DNA of 33,334 bases from Candidatus Methanoxibalbensis ujae (GCA_026134085.1 JAOQIN010000003.1:62001-95334), one strand, 5' to 3'; shown: positions 1-9,426, numbered from the stretch's first letter. Notes: generated from the letters alone by a model not told the origin. Translations and numbers: made by a program.

Positions 1-146
1 GAAACCATTTTCCATCCTCTTTCATCATATAAACGTGCTGCACGCTCGCCGCTGAATCCCTCAACAGGCGCCCCTATCGCATCGCCAACCGCAGCACCAA
101 GCATCGCACCTTCAAACTTCCTCAGCAGAATTTCATCGCCTGTCAT
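1..146 (-). CDS. ADP-ribosylglycohydrolase family protein (5' part; continues beyond window start)
   Basis: Not in the ORF track. Manual translation from ATG at 146 gives MTGDEILLRKFEGAMLGAAVGDAIGAPVEG..., matching the N-terminal GAxLGxAVGDAxGxPxE motif of DraG/ARH proteins. Confidence 0.85.
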   Translation of the reverse strand, partial: MTGDEILLRKFEGAMLGAAVGDAIGAPVEGFSGERAARLYDERGWKMV

Positions 147-167
147 TATGCTCTGTTATGAACGAAC

Positions 168-231
168 AGTGAAATAGTGATAGTGAAATAGTGAAATAAC
201 GAAATAACGAAATAGCAAAATAAATAGCGAA
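168..231. repeat. Degenerate 8-bp tandem repeat (GAAATARY) in a divergent promoter region
   Basis: agtgaaatagtgatagtgaaatagtgaaataacgaaataacgaaatagcaaaataaatagcgaa. Confidence 0.8.
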
Positions 232-268
232 TTCCATGCTTTTTTATCAAAAAAACCGCTTTTCAGAT

Positions 269-1006
269 ATGGCACGCAGGATACCGAGATTGATGTTGGG
301 CACCTCGCCCTTCATAGGGGCTGCGCAGTTTGGCAGGAGAGCACATGAATATCGCATGAGATTTTTCCATAACGAAGAAAACATGGTGGAAATTTTTGTG
401 AAATCAGCAGAATATGGTGTGAAGGCTGTGCAGTTGATTGTTTATGAGCCTCTTGTCAATGCCCTGAAAAGGGCTGAAATGGATACGGGCGATGATTTTT
501 TTGTTGTTGCAACAGTGACAGGCAGCAGATTTGAGCATGATTTGAGTGTTTTGGAGGACATCAATCCCGAAATTATCGCAGTTCATGCGCTTTTCTGCGA
601 TTCACTTGACGAGCGGATAGGGGGATGGACCGCGAAAATAAGAGATGTTGGAGCAATTCCAGCTGCGGCAACACATATTCCTGGAGACACGATACCCGAA
701 ATGGACAGAGCAGGGTATGATGTTGAGTTCTACCTCGCACCGCTGAACCCTGTGGGGTATGCGATGCTTCCTGACTTTGAAAGTGCGATAAGAGCTATTA
801 AAATGACTGATAAGGGAATAATAGCGATAAAGCCGCTCGCAGCCGGAAATATCAGGCCGGATCGTGAGGTGTTTTCCTTCATATTCAAATATGCGGATGC
901 TGTGAGTGTGGGCGTAACATCAGATGGCGAGATGAGGGAGACATTTTCGGCTGCCCGCGCCGCAGAGGCGAAAGACGAGCGCAACTGGAGGGTGACTGAG
1001 ATATGA
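269..1006 (+). CDS. Conserved archaeal hypothetical protein, aldo/keto-reductase-like TIM-barrel fold
   Basis: ORF 236..1006. ATG 269 is preferred because TATA-like TTTTTATCAA at about 241-250 lies about 25 nt upstream. Motifs PRLMLGTSPF and IIAIKPLAAG. Stop overlaps the hisC start (ATGA). Confidence 0.6.
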   Translation: MARRIPRLMLGTSPFIGAAQFGRRAHEYRMRFFHNEENMVEIFVKSAEYGVKAVQLIVYEPLVNALKRAEMDTGDDFFVVATVTGSRFEHDLSVLEDINPEIIAVHALFCDSLDERIGGWTAKIRDVGAIPAAATHIPGDTIPEMDRAGYDVEFYLAPLNPVGYAMLPDFESAIRAIKMTDKGIIAIKPLAAGNIRPDREVFSFIFKYADAVSVGVTSDGEMRETFSAARAAEAKDERNWRVTEI

Positions 1007-2091
1007 GAGGAGTGCGTGAGTGTCTCAAGCATGTCACGGAATACAAGCCTGGCAAAACTGTGAAGGGTGCGATAAAGCTGAGTTCAAATGAGAACCCGCT
1101 TGGAACGAGCAGGGAAGTTGTCAGTGCGCTTTCTGAGATGCTGAGATATGAGATAGACCTCAGCAGATATCCCTGGTATGAGCGGGAGGATGTTCTGCGT
1201 GAGGAGATTGCTGCATATCTGCATCGCTTTCATCATGTGCGCATTCCGAAGGAGAACATAGTCATAGGTGCAGGCTCGGACGGCATTCTTGACACACTCA
1301 CCAGAATTTTCATGGAGGTGAACACAAACGCTGTCATACCGATACCGACATTCTCGCTTTATGAGTCTCTCGTTCTCCTCTCAGGAGGATATCCCGTATT
1401 CGTGTCTCGCATAAAAGGGGACAATTCTTTCCGAATTTCCGCTGAATCTCTCATAAGCGCAAGCGATGAGCGCACGAAGATGCTTTTCCTATGCTCGCCA
1501 AACAACCCCACCGGGGATTCTGTCGGGAAGAAAGATATGATGAGCATTGTTGAACAGTTTGACGGCATTATCATCATAGATGAGGCTTATGCTGAGTTTG
1601 CATATCATTCTTTCATTGATATGCCGCTGAAATATGAGAACATTGTTGTGACTCGCACATTTTCAAAGGCTTTTGCGCTTGCAGGACTTCGCATAGGCTA
1701 TGCAGTTCTTCCTGACTGGCTTGTGAGCACATTTAAAAAGACGTCTCTCCCATTCAGCGTGAACAGTGTTGCGATAGAAGCAGCTATAATCGCACTTCAT
1801 GATTATGAGCATCTGCGCATGAGCATAGAGCATGTGAGGCGTGAGAGAGAGTTTCTGAAAGCGGGACTGAGTGAGCTCCTCAATGTTTATGACTCGGATG
1901 CGAACTTCCTGCCTGTTGATGTGTCGCCAATGAAATCAGCATTCGTCTGCGATGAACTTCTGAGCCGCGGAATAATCGTGAGAGACTGCTCATCATTCAG
2001 AGGTGCTGGAGACACGCTGATCCGCATATCCATCGGCAGGAGAGAGGAAAATGAGAGGCTGATAAGCGCATTGAAGGAGATAATGGCATGA
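1003..2091 (+). CDS. hisC: Histidinol-phosphate aminotransferase
   Basis: KLSSNENP, CSPNNPTG, IIDEAY, and RTFSKAFALAGLRIGY (PLP lysine). Confidence 0.93.
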   Translation: MRGVRECLKHVTEYKPGKTVKGAIKLSSNENPLGTSREVVSALSEMLRYEIDLSRYPWYEREDVLREEIAAYLHRFHHVRIPKENIVIGAGSDGILDTLTRIFMEVNTNAVIPIPTFSLYESLVLLSGGYPVFVSRIKGDNSFRISAESLISASDERTKMLFLCSPNNPTGDSVGKKDMMSIVEQFDGIIIIDEAYAEFAYHSFIDMPLKYENIVVTRTFSKAFALAGLRIGYAVLPDWLVSTFKKTSLPFSVNSVAIEAAIIALHDYEHLRMSIEHVRREREFLKAGLSELLNVYDSDANFLPVDVSPMKSAFVCDELLSRGIIVRDCSSFRGAGDTLIRISIGRREENERLISALKEIMA

Positions 2092-2214
2092 GCTCCGGTT
2101 GTGCGCTGTGCTGTTGCTGTGATCTGAGTTGAGGATCCGAGTTGATTTGAGGATTGTATTGGGGTCTGGGTGTGCTGTGAGTTGTGAGTTGTGTATTGTG
2201 TGTTATGTGCTGTT

Positions 2215-2250
2215 TGACCGCAACCTGACCGCAACCTCTTTTATATATAA
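2215..2250 (+). promoter_or_regulatory. TATA box of mpgS (probably leaderless), preceded by an 11-bp direct repeat
   Basis: TGACCGCAACC x2 (2215-2236), then TTTTATATATAA (2239-2250) about 25 nt before ATG 2268. Confidence 0.6.
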
Positions 2251-2267
2251 AGAAGTATTTATCATTG

Positions 2268-3515
2268 ATGTTACTTGAGATTCCGAGACACACGGAGATA
2301 TTTGGGTCTTTGAAGCTGCACGAGTTGCAGCGTGTTATAAAGCTGGATTCCGGAAACTATGATGCACCTCATGCAAACAGCATTCCGAGAGATGCGCTGA
2401 TGGAAGTTCTCAGGCGTTCTGCGATGATTATACCTATAAAAAACGAAAAAATTCACCTTCTTGATGGAGTTTTAAGAGCAGTTCCGCACGATACAACAAT
2501 AATAATTGTGTCAAACAGTTCAAGAGATCCTCAGGACAGATATAAAATGGAGAAAGATGTTGTTAAACGCATTGCTGAACTCACAGGTCAGGAGATAATA
2601 ATGATTCATCAGAAGGATGATGGTCTTGCGATTGCGTTTCACGATATTGGATACAAGCACATACTTGACGATAACATGCTTGTGAGGGACGGCAAGGCTG
2701 AGGGCATGATAATAGGGATACTCATAGCGAAGGCTATTGGCAAGGGTTATGTCGGTTTCATAGATGCGGACAATTACATTCCGGGGTCTGTGAACGAGTA
2801 TGTGCTTGATTATGCTGCTGGTTTCTGTATGTCCAAGAGCCCCTACTGCATGGTGCGCCTTGCATGGAGATACAAGCCCAAGGTAATAGAGGAGCGCCTT
2901 TATTTCAGGAAATGGGGTCGTGTGAGCGAGAGCACAAACAAGTATCTCAACATGCTCCTCTCAGTGTGCACTAATTTTGAGACCGGCATAATAAAAACGG
3001 GAAACGCAGGAGAGCATGCTATGACCATGAAGCTTGCTGAGATACTGCAGTTTTCAACAGGATACTCAATTGAGCCATATCAGTTCGTTTATCTTTTTGA
3101 GGAGTTCGGATTGTGTGCTCAAGAGCACTCTTCCTTTCCTGATGCAGTGAAGGAGGGGGTTGAAATATTTCAGATAGAGACACTTAACCCGCATATTCAC
3201 GAGGAAAAAGGAGAAGAACACATCACAAACATGCTGCTTGCATCGCTTTCAACAATATATCACAGCAGAATTTGCAGCGATTTCGTCAGAGAAGGTCTCA
3301 TGCACGAGATAGAGGAGATGACAGGAAGGCGGGAGATGCCGGAGGAAAACATCAAAATGCCTCCCATCGGCAATATAGATGCGGATCTCTTCATGAAAAT
3401 AATTGAGAGCAGTTCAGATACATTCAAATGGTTCAGCGCTCAGACATCATCAGCTTCCCACACAGCAGCCACATTTGATGACAGGGAATCTGTGAGAGAG
3501 GTAATGGAGGAGTAA
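2268..3515 (+). CDS. mpgS: Mannosyl-3-phosphoglycerate synthase (GT55)
   Basis: MLLEIPRHTEIFG, GKAEGMIIG, GFIDADNYIPG, RKWGRVSE, GNAGEHAM, ETLNPHIHEEKG. Confidence 0.95.
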   Translation: MLLEIPRHTEIFGSLKLHELQRVIKLDSGNYDAPHANSIPRDALMEVLRRSAMIIPIKNEKIHLLDGVLRAVPHDTTIIIVSNSSRDPQDRYKMEKDVVKRIAELTGQEIIMIHQKDDGLAIAFHDIGYKHILDDNMLVRDGKAEGMIIGILIAKAIGKGYVGFIDADNYIPGSVNEYVLDYAAGFCMSKSPYCMVRLAWRYKPKVIEERLYFRKWGRVSESTNKYLNMLLSVCTNFETGIIKTGNAGEHAMTMKLAEILQFSTGYSIEPYQFVYLFEEFGLCAQEHSSFPDAVKEGVEIFQIETLNPHIHEEKGEEHITNMLLASLSTIYHSRICSDFVREGLMHEIEEMTGRREMPEENIKMPPIGNIDADLFMKIIESSSDTFKWFSAQTSSASHTAATFDDRESVREVMEE

Positions 3516-3528
3516 TGGAAGAGTAAGC

Positions 3529-4518
3529 ATGTGGTGTGTTCTGTTCTCGGATATTGACGGCACATTGCTTGATACTGAGTATTCTATTGATGTTGTTCTC
3601 CCAAAAATATATGCATTAAAATGCCCTCTTATATTCTGCACCACGAAAACACATGCTGAGATTGAATATTATAGAAAAATATGCAATGTGAATGATCCTT
3701 TTATCGTTGAAAACGGAAGTGCTATATATATTCCTGATGGTTATTTCCCGTTTTTTGATGAATTATTTGATTATGTGCGAGATGAGTGTGATGAGTGTGA
3801 AGGAGAAGTGAGTGTTGAGGTGCGCGATGGATACATAGTGCTTGAACTCGCCGCTGATGCGGGCACTGACAGATACATGCATATGAGGCGTGTGTTGAGG
3901 GAGATCTCACATGAGACCGGTGTTGAAATCAGGGGATTCGGAGATATGAGCGTCAGGGAACTGGCGGATGTGAGCGGGTTGAGTGTTGAGCTTGCGGCGC
4001 TTGCGAAGTGCAGAGAATACAGCGAGAGCTTCCTGATTGTATCGTCATCGTCTGTCGCCATGAGTTCTGAGGGCAGTTTCATGTGTGAGAAGAAAGAGAA
4101 GGAGAGAGAGGAAGACAGCATGAAAGGAAGCATGGAAGTGCGTCATATCATGGAAAAAGCATCAGAAAGAGGATTTCGCATATCTCACGGCGGAAGATTC
4201 TTCACGATATACAGCGGAGAAGTGGATAAGGGGAGAGCAGTTCGCATACTTAAAGCGCTTTTTGCCAGGGAACACAGAAACAGAAACAGAAACAAAGACA
4301 AAAACAAAAACAGAAAAACATATGGCATAGGAGACAGTGCGAACGACATTCCCATGCTCTCCGAGGTTGACATTCCGGCACTCGTCCGAAGACCTGACGG
4401 CAGCAGTTGCGTGGATATTGTGCCTGAGCCTCTGAGATCCAGAATTTATGTGACGAGAGGAGCAGGTCCTGAGGGATGGGTGGAGTTTGTCCGGAAATTT
4501 GGACTGGTGCATGAATGA
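3529..4518 (+). CDS. mpgP: Mannosyl-3-phosphoglycerate phosphatase (HAD-IIB) with low-complexity insertions
   Basis: DIDGT, PFIVENGSAI, REYSE, GGRF, DKGRA, GDSAND, GPEGW; directly downstream of mpgS. Confidence 0.92.
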   Translation: MWCVLFSDIDGTLLDTEYSIDVVLPKIYALKCPLIFCTTKTHAEIEYYRKICNVNDPFIVENGSAIYIPDGYFPFFDELFDYVRDECDECEGEVSVEVRDGYIVLELAADAGTDRYMHMRRVLREISHETGVEIRGFGDMSVRELADVSGLSVELAALAKCREYSESFLIVSSSSVAMSSEGSFMCEKKEKEREEDSMKGSMEVRHIMEKASERGFRISHGGRFFTIYSGEVDKGRAVRILKALFAREHRNRNRNKDKNKNRKTYGIGDSANDIPMLSEVDIPALVRRPDGSSCVDIVPEPLRSRIYVTRGAGPEGWVEFVRKFGLVHE

Positions 4519-4523
4519 TGTTT

Positions 4524-5582
4524 TCATATTTTCAATCCGCAGAGAAGTGCGATGAATATTGCTGCTGCTATTATGTCTGCTGAAGTTCCCGGGTTTATGC
4601 CATGTGTGATAAGTTCGTCATCATATTTCTCTATTTCATTATAATAATTATTATAATCATTATGATTGTCATAAACATTCTCACAATCAAAAAATCCATT
4701 CAACTTTTCAAGGAGTTCCGCAGCTCTTTCACGCACATATCTGCTCTTTTCCGCTCCGAACTTCATCCGCACGAAGGTGTCCTCTTCAGAGGCGAGCAGA
4801 TGAATGTAGGCATAAGATATGACATCTGATATGATATGTTTTCCGCTGATATGTCTTCTGCGGGCATTATGCCTCGCGATTTCAGTCAGATTGCATTGCA
4901 TGCGCGTGTCAGTGCATGTGCTGCTCATCTCAAGTATGAGATCCGCATATTTGAATGAACGCGGAAATCCTCCAACGAGTTCTGCGGATATAGTGTCGTA
5001 TGAGGCTGAGATTGAGAGTATATCATGCAGTGTCAATCCTCTTCGCAGTATCTCATTCACCGCATCAGGATCACGAACATCAAGGTCATCAACATGCTGA
5101 ACACGCACATTTGCCTTTTGAAACGCATTATACAGCTGAACAGCATCCTCAACTGTGCTTTCTCGCATTATTTCAATTGCGTGCTCACGCATCTCCATCA
5201 TCATCGCGGTATACGAGCCATCATGAAGCTGCTCATGAGATTTTCCGGCAGCCATTGCGAGCGGTATGAAAAGAAGTATGGAGCCAAAGTGCGTGTTTCC
5301 GCCACTCTGCCATCGCATGCTCTCTTCAACTCCTTCTCTCACAAGCCTTCCTATATTTCCGCCTGTTTTACCAGTGACGCCTATAAGTGCAGCATATCTG
5401 AACACCGGAAACAGCGCTACAGCAGATGCCATGAAATGCTCGTATTTGGTATCAGGAAAATCATGCATCCTGCTCACATTACCCGGCTTTGGATACGCTG
5501 AAACCTCCAGAAGAAGAGCAAGAACACCGCAGCGCGCAATGTCATCTTCATATGCATGATGTCTCGCTGCCCCATGCCTCAT
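4524..5582 (-). CDS. citG: CitG-family (triphosphoribosyl-dephospho-CoA synthase-like) archaeal protein
   Basis: LLEVSAYPKPGNV, NTHFGSILL, INPGTSAD motifs. Confidence 0.85.
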   Translation of the reverse strand: MRHGAARHHAYEDDIARCGVLALLLEVSAYPKPGNVSRMHDFPDTKYEHFMASAVALFPVFRYAALIGVTGKTGGNIGRLVREGVEESMRWQSGGNTHFGSILLFIPLAMAAGKSHEQLHDGSYTAMMMEMREHAIEIMRESTVEDAVQLYNAFQKANVRVQHVDDLDVRDPDAVNEILRRGLTLHDILSISASYDTISAELVGGFPRSFKYADLILEMSSTCTDTRMQCNLTEIARHNARRRHISGKHIISDVISYAYIHLLASEEDTFVRMKFGAEKSRYVRERAAELLEKLNGFFDCENVYDNHNDYNNYYNEIEKYDDELITHGINPGTSADIIAAAIFIALLCGLKI

Positions 5583-5646
5583 ATTCTATGTATTATGTCA
5601 ACTGATGGCTATGTGATAGTTATGTCAGCTGACGGATGTCAACTGA

Positions 5647-5719
5647 TAGCCCGGCCAGGATTCGAACCTGGGTCGTGAGGTCCAGAGCCTCACATGATTG
5701 ACCGCTACACCACCGGGCT
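5647..5719 (-). tRNA. tRNA-Gln (anticodon CTG), no intron, CCA not encoded
   Basis: Reverse complement AGCCCGGTGGTGTAGCGGTCAATCATGTGAGGCTCTGGACCTCACGACCCAGGTTCGAATCCTGGCCGGGCTA: 7-bp acceptor stem, anticodon loop CTCTGGA, T-loop TTCGAAT. Confidence 0.97.
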
Positions 5720-5762
5720 GCTCCCTTCTCCCTCAGCTCTTTTTTGTTCTCATTAAATTAAA

Positions 5763-6289
5763 TGCTTTGTGGCATAAACCATAATTATATTTTTATATTT
5801 TATGGCAGCGAGAGGGGATAAGTTGCCGGAAAGGAGAAATTCTTTTCAGCTCTGGAGAAGAGGAATGGGGAAGAGGATGAATGAAGGAAAGAGAGAGGAG
5901 AGGAAGACCAAATGTTTTGCTATTTTCATGATATTGCATGATTGCATATGAACAGCAGATAGGGCAGATAGAAGTGAGAGCTCCATCATAAGGCTCCATC
6001 ATCATTCTGTTATTGCTGTGGATAGTTCTGGAGCAAAAGTAGCAAATCTGAGTGAATTCGTCATAAATGGAGGGTAAGGATAGACTTCAAGAGCCAAAAT
6101 GGTGAGAGTTTTCAAGAAAGGAGAGTATGTGCTGTTGGGAAAACATTATGAAGGAAATTAAATATTTCATGTCAAACATTCCGAATGAAATTAATTTTAT
6201 GGACATATAAATAATAATCTGCATCAATAAATCCGCATCAATCAAAAATGAATTTGGGAAATTCAATTACAGAATTGTGCCACAAAGCG
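5763..6289 (+). mobile_element. Decayed, internally deleted IS5-family (IS903-like) element / MITE-like relic
   Basis: Terminal inverted repeats GCTTTGTGGCATAA (5764-5777) and TTGTGCCACAAAGC (6275-6288), 13/14 match. Flanks AAATTAAA (5755-5762) and AAATTAAG (6290-6297). Frameshifted transposase fragments in order: RKGEILFS, MNEGKRG, GRP, GQIEVRA, VIAVDSSGAKVAN, RHKWRVR. Confidence 0.8.
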
Positions 6290-6341
6290 AAATTAAGATG
6301 CAGTCGCCCGGCAGGTATTGTCGCTGTTGCGCTCTCACGCG

Positions 6342-7370
6342 CTATCTTGGCGGCTTTCTGAAAATTCGTTCCTGCACGTTCACGCATATGAACTTTTCCC
6401 TTGCCTCACCCGTCAGCGTCTCTGTTTTTCCTATTATCAGAAATCCTCCATCATTCAGTGAGTTATAGAAGTCCATGAACAAGCGTTCCTGAAGCTCTCT
6501 TGAGAAATATATCATCACATTCCGGCAGAAAATCACATCAAAATACCGGAGTTTCTCGCCGGATATCAGGTCATGCTTCCTGAATCTAACAAGTCTTTTC
6601 ACAACATCTTTTATTCTGTATCCTCCATTCTCGCTGTGAAAATATTTTTTCAAAATGTTCGGCGGAATGTTTTTGAGTGAAAATTGCTGATAAAATCCCT
6701 GCATGGCCTTTTTCAGCGCATCATCATCTATGTCAGTCGCAAGAATGGATACCAGAAGATTTCCCAGATCATCGCCGAGCTCCTCAAGCAGTATAATTGC
6801 GATCGTGTAGGGCTCCTCGCCAGACGCACATCCCGCACTCCATATTCTCAATGTGCCCGACCTCTCTGTGCCCGACCTCTCCGCGCCTGACCTCAAAGCT
6901 TCCCGGCGAACGCCTAAGCCCACGCAGCCCGTCGCACGCATGCCATCATCATTCCCGCCATGCTTTTCGCAGTCGCCCCTCGCACCGTAATCACAGCTGC
7001 CCGGCACATTGCCACGCCACTTCTCAGCCTCTCCGCATACTTTTTCCCCTCTGCTTTTTCTTCCGATCTTTCTGCTCAATATCTCCGGAAGCACTTCATT
7101 CCTGAATGCAAAGAATGTGCCCGGATCTCTGAAAAATTCGGTAACATTTATCGCAACACTGTCCATAATGTGCGCATATTCTTCAGGATTTTTTTCCAGA
7201 TAGCGGAGATATTGTGCATACGAATTCACACCTATCGCTCTCATTCTGCCGGATATTCTTCTTTTTATGTATTCTCTTTTGTATCTGGAGAAATCAAGAC
7301 TGGTTTTTGAATATATCCTGTTGATCAGCACATTGAAAGCGAGTTCCTCGCTCATTTCTTTATAATTCAA
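6342..7370 (-). CDS. cheR: CheR-type protein-glutamate O-methyltransferase with a ~70-aa insertion
   Basis: INVTEFFRD, RIWSAGCASGEEPYT, ATDID, FDVIFCRNVMIYF, IGKTE. Start is TTG 7370 or ATG 7355. Confidence 0.93.
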   Translation of the reverse strand: MNYKEMSEELAFNVLINRIYSKTSLDFSRYKREYIKRRISGRMRAIGVNSYAQYLRYLEKNPEEYAHIMDSVAINVTEFFRDPGTFFAFRNEVLPEILSRKIGRKSRGEKVCGEAEKWRGNVPGSCDYGARGDCEKHGGNDDGMRATGCVGLGVRREALRSGAERSGTERSGTLRIWSAGCASGEEPYTIAIILLEELGDDLGNLLVSILATDIDDDALKKAMQGFYQQFSLKNIPPNILKKYFHSENGGYRIKDVVKRLVRFRKHDLISGEKLRYFDVIFCRNVMIYFSRELQERLFMDFYNSLNDGGFLIIGKTETLTGEAREKFICVNVQERIFRKPPR

Positions 7371-7435
7371 AATGAATGGGGAATTGCATTTCGCTCATTT
7401 AAACCTTTTTTAATGATGTTCTGCCATCTATCATC

Positions 7436-7891
7436 GTGATGTGTGAAATATGCGGAACTGTCCGAAGGATAGGCACGATTCACACACCTTTCAGAGAAAT
7501 CAGCGAGGTGCCCAGACAGAGCAACATCGTCAGCGAAATATGCAGAATTGAGATATTCAGAGAATATGAAGAGGGGCTCAGGGACATAGAGACATTCACA
7601 CACATAATCGTTCTGTACTGGCTGCATAGAGTATCAGGATTTTCAATGCTCACAAAAACACCCTGGGATGACAGACTGCACGGAGTTTTCGCAACAAGAT
7701 CTCCCTACAGACCGAACCCAATAGGGCTTTCAGTTGTGAAACTGATCGGTAGAGAAGGGAATGTGCTCATTGTCAGCGGTATTGATGCAGTAGATGGCAC
7801 TCCGTTGATAGATATAAAGCCTTATGTGCCCAAATTTGATGAGAAGCCCAACGCAAATGCCGGATGGCTTGACAAAACTGAACGAAGATAG
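7436..7891 (+). CDS. tsaA: TrmO/TsaA (YaeB) family SAM-binding protein, putative tRNA m6t6A37 methyltransferase
   Basis: IGTIHTPF, GVFATRSPYRPNPIGLSVV, DAVDGTPLIDIKPY. Confidence 0.9.
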   Translation: MMCEICGTVRRIGTIHTPFREISEVPRQSNIVSEICRIEIFREYEEGLRDIETFTHIIVLYWLHRVSGFSMLTKTPWDDRLHGVFATRSPYRPNPIGLSVVKLIGREGNVLIVSGIDAVDGTPLIDIKPYVPKFDEKPNANAGWLDKTERR

Positions 7892-7923
7892 CGGGGAAAG
7901 GCCACAAAGGCTCAGAAAAAGAC

Positions 7924-8997
7924 TCAGAAAAGGATCACGATTGCGATCATCAGAAGTTTCGTCAGCATGCTGAAAGCATAATTTGCAATGCTTATTTTCA
8001 CGCCCAGCCTGCCGAAAAGCGAGACATACATGGAGAAGCTGTGCTTCACATATATCATCGTGATCGTGAGCATACTTCCGACGAGCAGTGTGAGTATCGC
8101 CTGCTTCGCATCTATGATGCCGCTGTTGAGCAATGTGATAACTGTCGCATATCCTGCCGAAAAATGAACCAAATCCGCTATTATCGCAGATATGCACGCA
8201 CCAGGAAGACCTAAAATGCGCAGAACAGGCTCAAAAAAGGACCCTATTAAGTTCATACCGCCTGAAATAAGAAGAAAATCCATTATAAAAAATGCTATTA
8301 TAAATGTTGGAAGGATTTTTTTGAGCGTTTTTGCTGATTTTCTTATTGAGATCAGGATAATGAGGTTTTTTGAATGATTGTGGAGATCTGATGGGATGGA
8401 TGATTTCGCCGACGATGATGATTTCGCTGACGATTGTGATGATTGAGGAGATTGAGGGGATGATGGGGATGATGAGGATGATGAGGATGAGGAAGATAAT
8501 GAGGATGATGGAGATGATAAGGGAGGCGCAGAGGATGTGTGGCTCAATGAAAATCTTGCGATGAAGAATGCGATGAGGCTTTGCAGGAATGAGGAGAAGA
8601 GGTTGAGCACAATATGAACAGTGCCTATGAAAGGGCCGAGTATGAACACGGCGAGGATGGCATGCCCTCTGAAGAGTGATTCACCTGCGACTATGGGAAA
8701 TGTCGCCATTATTGAGGTAAGCAGTGCCTCCTTCCCGCCGACATTTCCGGACTGATAGAAGCCTGCCAGCATTGCCTTTCCGGCGGTCGGATTTATGAAA
8801 CATGTGAGCAGCGAGCTTATACACTCCTTCGGCAGCCTTGATGCACGGCAGAAAGGCAGGAGAAGCGGTGTGAACCTATCTATAACGCCGCTCTCCATGA
8901 AAATATTTGCAAGTATTACTCCTATGACAATCAATATGACGGTTTTCGGAAGAAATCTCATCATGTCGTTTAAAATCGCCTGTAACACATATTCCAT
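7924..8997 (-). CDS. Nucleoside-recognition (Gate) domain membrane protein with a poly-Ser loop
   Basis: Multiple TM segments; repeated P..R..xLP..C motifs in both halves; Ser-rich insertion between the halves. Confidence 0.75.
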   Translation of the reverse strand: MEYVLQAILNDMMRFLPKTVILIVIGVILANIFMESGVIDRFTPLLLPFCRASRLPKECISSLLTCFINPTAGKAMLAGFYQSGNVGGKEALLTSIMATFPIVAGESLFRGHAILAVFILGPFIGTVHIVLNLFSSFLQSLIAFFIARFSLSHTSSAPPLSSPSSSLSSSSSSSSSSPSSPQSPQSSQSSAKSSSSAKSSIPSDLHNHSKNLIILISIRKSAKTLKKILPTFIIAFFIMDFLLISGGMNLIGSFFEPVLRILGLPGACISAIIADLVHFSAGYATVITLLNSGIIDAKQAILTLLVGSMLTITMIYVKHSFSMYVSLFGRLGVKISIANYAFSMLTKLLMIAIVILF

Positions 8998-9188
8998 TTT
9001 ATGTTATCTCCTCCTCTGCTCTGTTCCCTTTATAATATTGTCATGAATTTCATTTTATTCATGGAGATCTCCTGCCAGATTTGGGGTGGAGGATTAAGTC
9101 GTCAATGATATCCGAATGCCTTGTGCTCGGGAGGTGTGTGTTATTTATCTGTGGGGCATCTGACAGCCATTATAATTACCGTGAGGAC

Positions 9189-9218
9189 GCACTTGTTATG
9201 GCAGCACTTGTTATGGCA
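9189..9218. repeat. Perfect 15-bp tandem duplication upstream of dnaG
   Basis: GCACTTGTTATGGCA x2. Confidence 0.85.
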
Positions 9219-9426
9219 TTGTCGTGAGTGAAGAGCGGAGAGGATGAGAGAGAGGAGAGGATGAGAGAGAGATAAGCGAGGAGGATTTGAGATGTGAGTG
9301 TGTAATTGGATGAAAGATGATGAATGTATGATGTATGATATATGATGTATGGATGGGATGTATGGATGTGATGGATGGGTTCGGATATGATTGGCAGGAA
9401 AATGAAGTGAGAGGAGGTTATGGAAA

